DNA from: an uncultured archaeon
GTDB lineage: Archaea; Asgardarchaeota; Lokiarchaeia; Sigyniarchaeales; SOKP01
Length of the DNA stretch: 30,923 nucleotides
Direction of reading: 5' to 3'
Assembly (NCBI GenBank): GCA_964388035.1
Contig: CAYLZE010000059.1
Coordinates: 1-30,923 of the forward strand
This document shows, piece after piece, positions 25,742 to 30,923 of this stretch. Below the pieces are notes generated by a model that ran no database searches, was not told the DNA's origin, and saw only the letters and a program-made list of their open reading frames with translations. The translations under genes were made by a program, and so were the position numbers. The stretch's first letter is position 1, and each line of letters begins with the position of its first letter.

Positions 25742-26473
25742 ATGGTAATAGAGAGTTTAACATCGGTTGAATTAGTGCAAGGATTTATCGAAATCACTCA
25801 ATTAACCTTGAATTTTGTATTAGGGATTCGCATTATAATGAAATATATCAACATTAAGAGATTTGAGTTAATCACGATAGGTGGGATGACTATATTCCTT
25901 ACATCAGCGTGGTGGGGATCGGGGCTCTCGTTTTTATCGATTTTGTTCTTTGATGTGCCATTATCAGAAAATATATACATAATAATAAGCTATGGATTAA
26001 TTCCTGTTGCAAGTCTTCTCTGGATGTATTCCTTTGGTTTGCTCGTATATCCTCATTATAGATGGAAGATTTTCTTCGTCTATTTAACATTCAATCTTGT
26101 TTATGTGGGAATCTTTTTCTATTACTTATATGTTGATCCTTCTCTTTTAGTTTTAAGAATATCAAAATTTGATAGTGAGACTCAGATCGTCGTAACAAGT
26201 TTTATCATAATCACGCTTATAATTTCGTTGGCTACAAATTTCATATTCATGAGAAAATCATTGAAATCAGAACAACCCAAAATAAGATATAAGGGAATAT
26301 TTATTTTTTGTGCCTTAGTAACTTTTGTTGTTGGAGCAGTTTTGGATTCCATTTTTTCATTAACACCCATTACCGTGGTGATTACCAGATCAATCCTAAT
26401 GATTTCTTCGATTCTTCAATATATTGGATGGATAATGCCCGAAGGTATTGCGAAAATTTTAATCAAGGAATGA
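25742..26473 (+). CDS. Hypothetical protein with about 7 TM helices
   Basis: Seven hydrophobic segments in 243 aa, C-terminal 'YIGWIMPE'. No soluble domain. Confidence 0.7.
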   Translation: MVIESLTSVELVQGFIEITQLTLNFVLGIRIIMKYINIKRFELITIGGMTIFLTSAWWGSGLSFLSILFFDVPLSENIYIIISYGLIPVASLLWMYSFGLLVYPHYRWKIFFVYLTFNLVYVGIFFYYLYVDPSLLVLRISKFDSETQIVVTSFIIITLIISLATNFIFMRKSLKSEQPKIRYKGIFIFCALVTFVVGAVLDSIFSLTPITVVITRSILMISSILQYIGWIMPEGIAKILIKE

Positions 26474-26718
26474 TTTTTGAAACCATTCAATTAAATTTTT
26501 TTTTATTTCTTATATGGACAAAATCTTTTTTTATAAAACTATAAACTTGAATTTTCAAATCAAATTAAATTTTCATGATTATATGTAAGAAAGAAGTTCC
26601 TAACATGATCAGATAAAATTAGGAAATCAAGAAATCGTTTAAAGGGAAATATCTCATTTTATGTAGGAAATGAAATAATCTAATCAATAACCAATGCATT
26701 CTTATATTATTATCCACA

Positions 26719-26904
26719 TTAATACCTGCAGCATAATCGCCTGCCTTGAGTTAAATCAGAACGAAGATATTCATTAGTTAAGATATCCATGACGGTATCA
26801 TAATCCAAATTTACTTCTTGAACGATATCCTCAATCTCAATTCCTGGAGTAGATATTAATTTAAAAATCTTGCTTTTAATTTCCTTACTAATTTCTGTAG
26901 CCAT
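26719..26904 (-). CDS. Small hypothetical protein, HTH-like, with C-terminal CCRY
   Basis: Isolated 61-aa ORF with protein-like composition. 'IEIEDIVQEVNLDYDTVMDIL' resembles a helix-turn-helix. Confidence 0.55.
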   Translation of the reverse strand: MATEISKEIKSKIFKLISTPGIEIEDIVQEVNLDYDTVMDILTNEYLRSDLTQGRRLCCRY

Positions 26905-27149
26905 ATGAATGATATGTAGAATAAAGATAAAAAATCTTCAGATTAGATTTTATAAAATAATTTAGGAATTAAATTAACTTGCATTTAGTAATGTTCTCGA
27001 TGATTTATGAACTTCCAATTACTATAAAGTAGTATTGAAATAATTAATATAATAAACCATCAAAAAAAATAACAATAATGCTTTTTTATTTAAAATTATC
27101 TGAATTGATGGTTTAAAGATTATTATTCATTAAAAAAACGATAATTACC

Positions 27150-27725
27150 ATGAATGAAAAAGAAGAGAAGAACTCGCTAGAAGAAAAAAAGACCCTTGGT
27201 TACTCAACACTGACAAAAAAAGTTGCAACTACTGCTATTCTTATTGCAGTGGGATTAGTATTAAGTTATTTAAATCCTTTCGCGTATTTCACCATATTCG
27301 GAACAAAAATCAATCCCTTTGCACATTTAATCAACGCAATGACGGGAGTATTATTGGGAATCATATTTGCGGTGGTGACAGCCACGGGAATTGCGGCCCT
27401 TAGATTTTCATTAGGGATAGGAACCATTCATGCATTCCATGGAGGTATTTCGGGAGCCGTGGTGGTTGGTATTTTTGCTCATGTTTTAAGAAAAAAAGCT
27501 CCAAACCATGTGGAATACGCGGCATTCACTGAACCGCTGGGCACGATCTTCATAGGAGGAACTATTGCACAGCTTGTTGCACCAATCGGAGGTATTGAAG
27601 GCATTTTTACATATTGGGCTTTATTTGCAGCAAGTTGCATTCCAGGTTGTATCCTGGGGTTTATAATGTTAAAAGTATTAAAAAGAGCCGGTATTACGTG
27701 GAGAGATTATTTTACTAAAAATTAA
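27150..27725 (+). CDS. thiW: ECF transporter S component, ThiW family
   Basis: 'NPFAHLINAMTGVLLG', 'LRFSLGIGTIHAFHGGISGA', 'EPLGTIFIG'. Confidence 0.85.
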   Translation: MNEKEEKNSLEEKKTLGYSTLTKKVATTAILIAVGLVLSYLNPFAYFTIFGTKINPFAHLINAMTGVLLGIIFAVVTATGIAALRFSLGIGTIHAFHGGISGAVVVGIFAHVLRKKAPNHVEYAAFTEPLGTIFIGGTIAQLVAPIGGIEGIFTYWALFAASCIPGCILGFIMLKVLKRAGITWRDYFTKN

Positions 27726-27740
27726 TTTTTTCTAATTTTC

Positions 27741-28343
27741 ATGAATTTTCCAAATAATTTTCATTTTGCACAATGTATTGGTAAGCATACCTTACTACAT
27801 GGAGAAACAAATACAGGTAAGACATTTTACACGGCAAAATTTGTCCAATATCTATTGGAAGAAAAAGCCATGGAACCTAAACTAATCTCCATCCTTGATT
27901 TTGCTCCAAAATTGCAAAAAATAAATGATTTAAAAATTGGAGGCCGGATTGAAGATTATTATGGAAAAAGCATGGAAACAACATATTATCCCCTTGAAAA
28001 TGAAATCATTCCCCCCAGACTTAATGCTAAGAACAAGACCCAACTTTTTGAATATGCTTATCAAAATTATGTATCTACTTCTAAAGCATTAAATCAGTAT
28101 CAAACGGCTCCAACGCCTATTTTAATAATTAATGATCTCTCCATTTACCTCCATTTAGGCAATAAATTCTTTTTATTAAAAGTAATAAATGGAGTGGAAA
28201 CATTTTTTGGGAATTCGTATTTTGGCAACTCTATTTCTAAAAGCTTTTCAAAACTTTTTAGTTTGAAAGAAAAGAGAAGAATAACCTATATAATTAAAAG
28301 AATTGATAAAAGTTTTCAAACAAATCAAAATTCTTTAATCTAA
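27741..28343 (+). CDS. Small P-loop NTPase-fold protein of unknown function
   Basis: Walker A LLHGETNTGKT, 'SILDFAP', Walker-B-like ILIINDLS. Confidence 0.7.
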   Translation: MNFPNNFHFAQCIGKHTLLHGETNTGKTFYTAKFVQYLLEEKAMEPKLISILDFAPKLQKINDLKIGGRIEDYYGKSMETTYYPLENEIIPPRLNAKNKTQLFEYAYQNYVSTSKALNQYQTAPTPILIINDLSIYLHLGNKFFLLKVINGVETFFGNSYFGNSISKSFSKLFSLKEKRRITYIIKRIDKSFQTNQNSLI

Positions 28344-28673
28344 AAGCGAATAATTTTGATATTCTTTCATCAGCATCTTTTTATACGTTTTTGGATGAAG
28401 TTTTGATCTTCTTAGCTTTAATTCAGTAGGAATGTCTAAGAAACTGTCCAAATCAAACGCAGCTAAGGTAAGGACAATCAAATTTGAAATTGTCGTGTAA
28501 TGTTCTCGTGAATTTTTATAGAGATATAAATTAGAAACTAATTTAGTTAATAATTGGAATTTAATTTTATGCAACTCCTTTTTTTCAAAGATAATTTGCT
28601 GAGATTGAAAGTTGAGATGATTATCTATGAAATCAATATAATTGTGCTCTTCATATAATTCTTGTTCAGACAT
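28335..28673 (-). CDS. Hypothetical protein
   Basis: 112-aa ORF convergent with the P-loop gene and overlapping it by 9 nt. No motif recognised. Confidence 0.5.
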   Translation of the reverse strand: MSEQELYEEHNYIDFIDNHLNFQSQQIIFEKKELHKIKFQLLTKLVSNLYLYKNSREHYTTISNLIVLTLAAFDLDSFLDIPTELKLRRSKLHPKTYKKMLMKEYQNYSLLD

Positions 28674-28941
28674 TATTTTGTAGCATGAGTATTCCTTTTT
28701 TATTTAGAACAAAAAGTAGGATTATTTGTAAAAAGAAGTAATATGTGTATATATTAACTGTGTTAGCATGTAAATAGAAGGATGGAAGTGGGGAGCAATT
28801 TCATATCATAATCATTAAATTCTTTTTCCAAACCCAGATATGAAATTTTCTGGTATTTTGGAATGATTATAGAATATAAGGTAAATAATTAAAATTATCT
28901 CTAATTGAATGATAGGTAATAAATTACATTTATGAATTGAC

Positions 28942-29781
28942 ATGACAAGTTTAAAGAATAAAACTTTATTTATAACAGGGGCGAGCCGGGGTATTGGAAA
29001 ATGCATTGGATTAAGGGCTGCAAGAGAAGGGGCAAATATAGTTATAGTCGCAAAAACTGCAGAGCCCCATCCAAAATTGCCAGGAACGGTGTATACATCT
29101 GCAGAGGACATGAAGAAAGCGGGAGGAAGGGCATTACCGTGCGTTGCTGATATTCGTTTTGAAGATCAAGTTCAAGCGGCAGTAAAAGATGCTGTAAATG
29201 AATTTGGAGGTATAGATATTGTAATAAATGATGCAAGTGCCATTAGCTTAACACCTACATTAGAAACATCGATGAAAGGATTTGATCTAATGTTTTCTGT
29301 TAATGTTCGTGGAACATTTTTATGTTCGAAATTATGTATTCCTTATTTAAAAAAAGCGGAAAATGCTCATATTTTAAATCTTTCTCCACCCTTAAATCTT
29401 GATCCTAAATGGTTTCAACATAATTTAGCTTATACAATGTCTAAATATGGAATGAGCATGTGCGTGTTAGGCATGGCGGAAGAGTTTCGAAAGGATGGAA
29501 TTGCTGTGAACGCATTATGGCCTCGAACGTCCATTGCTACCTCTGCAGTAAAAAATTTATTGGGCGGAGAGACTGCAATGAAACATTCGAGAAAACCAGA
29601 AATTGTTGCAGATGCGGCTTATTTCATTCTTACCAAACCAAGTAGGGAATGCACCGGCAATTTCTTTATAGACGATGAGGTGTTAATGGAGAATGGTATC
29701 GCGGATCTGAGTAAATATTCATCTGTTCCCGATGCCAAGTTAATCCCCGATTTTTTCCTTTATGGAGGCGGAGAAACCTAA
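28942..29781 (+). CDS. SDR oxidoreductase, HSDL2-like
   Basis: FITGASRGIG, 'AKTAEPHPKLPGT', 'HILNLSPPL', YTMSKYGMS, 'NALWPRT', 'TGNFFIDDEVL'. Confidence 0.93.
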   Translation: MTSLKNKTLFITGASRGIGKCIGLRAAREGANIVIVAKTAEPHPKLPGTVYTSAEDMKKAGGRALPCVADIRFEDQVQAAVKDAVNEFGGIDIVINDASAISLTPTLETSMKGFDLMFSVNVRGTFLCSKLCIPYLKKAENAHILNLSPPLNLDPKWFQHNLAYTMSKYGMSMCVLGMAEEFRKDGIAVNALWPRTSIATSAVKNLLGGETAMKHSRKPEIVADAAYFILTKPSRECTGNFFIDDEVLMENGIADLSKYSSVPDAKLIPDFFLYGGGET

Positions 29782-29852
29782 TCGATTTTTTCTAATTTTT
29801 ATCCTTTCTAATTTTACCAAATCTTGAAATTGAAAGTCGACAGGAAGAAGAG

Positions 29853-30854
29853 TCATTTTAAACCGTATGCTTCTAAGACGATTTCCACGGCTCTCTTTCC
29901 ATCTTCAAAATTTGGATGTTCTTGGGTTCCTTTAAGCACGCAATCAACAAAATGATTAATCAATAAAAATTGGGTGTTTTCGTTAGTTGGCGTATAAGAA
30001 AGCGTATCCTTTATAATACTATTTTTTTTTAATTTCCGGGGGATGCACGTTATAGGTGTATTGGAGTTTAAGTCAATACTTAAGGTTCCTTCCGTACCCA
30101 AGATATCTATTGTTTCCATTGGTTGATTACACCAAGATATGGATATGGTACCTAAACAATCATTTTTGAAGCGAGTCAAAATAGTGCAGTTATCCTCGTT
30201 TTTGATATCCTTACAAGAAGTATTTGCACTATACCCTTCCACTTTTGAGATTTCTCCTATTAAATAGCGCAAGATATCAATACTATGGACACCTAAATCT
30301 AACGCAACTCCCCCTCCAGCCAAAGCAGAATCGAAAAACCATCTTTGCTTGGATAATGCTCGCCATGATGTATAAGGCCCCAAATGGGCAAAAAGATATC
30401 TTGCTGAAATCAATTTACCCAAAAGCTTCTCTTCAATTATTTCTTTTACATGAAGGAATAATGGATTATATCTTTTTTGAAAAGAGGTAAAATAAATTAA
30501 CTTTTTACTCTTTAAATTTTCCTCCACTTCTCTCAATTCTTTGGTGGTAATGCATATAGGTTTCTCGCAGAGAATATTAATATCGTTTTTTATTGCTTCT
30601 AATGTGATGGGAGCATGGAGATAATTTGGAGTACAGATAGATAAAATATCCAAGTTTTCTTCTTTTAACATTTTCTTCCAATCATCTCCCCAATAAACGT
30701 GAGGAATAGCAAATTTTTTTGCTATCTCTTTTACATGCTCTTCCGTACGGGATGCTATCGCAAGCAATTCACAATTCTCATTTCGCTTGTATCCTTGTAA
30801 ATGTTGTTGTCCAAATCCTCCCGCCCCTATTAGACCCACCTTTAACTTTCTCAT
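29853..30854 (-). CDS. Gfo/Idh/MocA family oxidoreductase
   Basis: VGLIGAGGFG, ICTPNYLH, ILCEKP, GGGVALDLGVHSID. Confidence 0.95.
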   Translation of the reverse strand: MRKLKVGLIGAGGFGQQHLQGYKRNENCELLAIASRTEEHVKEIAKKFAIPHVYWGDDWKKMLKEENLDILSICTPNYLHAPITLEAIKNDINILCEKPICITTKELREVEENLKSKKLIYFTSFQKRYNPLFLHVKEIIEEKLLGKLISARYLFAHLGPYTSWRALSKQRWFFDSALAGGGVALDLGVHSIDILRYLIGEISKVEGYSANTSCKDIKNEDNCTILTRFKNDCLGTISISWCNQPMETIDILGTEGTLSIDLNSNTPITCIPRKLKKNSIIKDTLSYTPTNENTQFLLINHFVDCVLKGTQEHPNFEDGKRAVEIVLEAYGLK

Positions 30855-30923
30855 AATTTATATCCTCGAGTTTTAAACATTTGATGATTAAATATAAGTT
30901 AGAAAGTAATTAATAATCTCTTT

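Noticed and set aside
26905-27149. TPP riboswitch upstream of thiW
   Set aside because: There is no GCTGAGA or AGCGxAGG core, and the region is nearly all A/T.
1340-30490. Many short antisense or out-of-frame ORFs in the track (e.g. 1340-1528, 4072-4365, 5224-5478, 9010-9237, 20196-20474, 23328-23621, 25182-25481, 28815-29111, 30224-30490)
   Set aside because: They overlap well-supported genes and have no recognisable motifs, so they are shadow ORFs.

Overview
AT-rich archaeal chromosome segment whose gene content points to an Asgard archaeon, probably Lokiarchaeia-like. The indicators are archaeal/eukaryal-type SelB, a Roadblock/LC7 protein, eL34, eL14, the P0/P1 stalk, Sec61alpha-like SecY, an EMC3/TMCO1 protein and a Yip1-like protein; the taxon call is inference from protein families only. 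Most of the window is housekeeping: the uL11-uL1-uL10-P1 operon, secY-DUF106, eL34-cmk-eL14-tRNA-Ser, rtcA, nadM and thiW, plus some metabolic genes. The strongest signals are missing from the ORF track. (1) A 215-nt minus-strand tRNA gene (10413-10627) folds into a 75-nt cloverleaf only after removing four introns, and it reads anticodon UAU (Ile), which is rare in archaea. (2) A tRNA-Ser(GGA) gene carries three introns (18457-18618). (3) Divergent from the tRNA-Ile, behind a repeated palindromic motif, is an unannotated three-gene module: two overlapping paralogous coiled-coil proteins and a longin-like plus tandem MIT/TPR-like protein. The window also has a Nudix-NadM fusion in reversed domain order, a TetR/SDR pair with twin operators, and a rearranged secY/ribosomal neighbourhood. 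No CRISPR array, transposase or rRNA was seen. All calls come from motif reading and hand folding, with no database searches.
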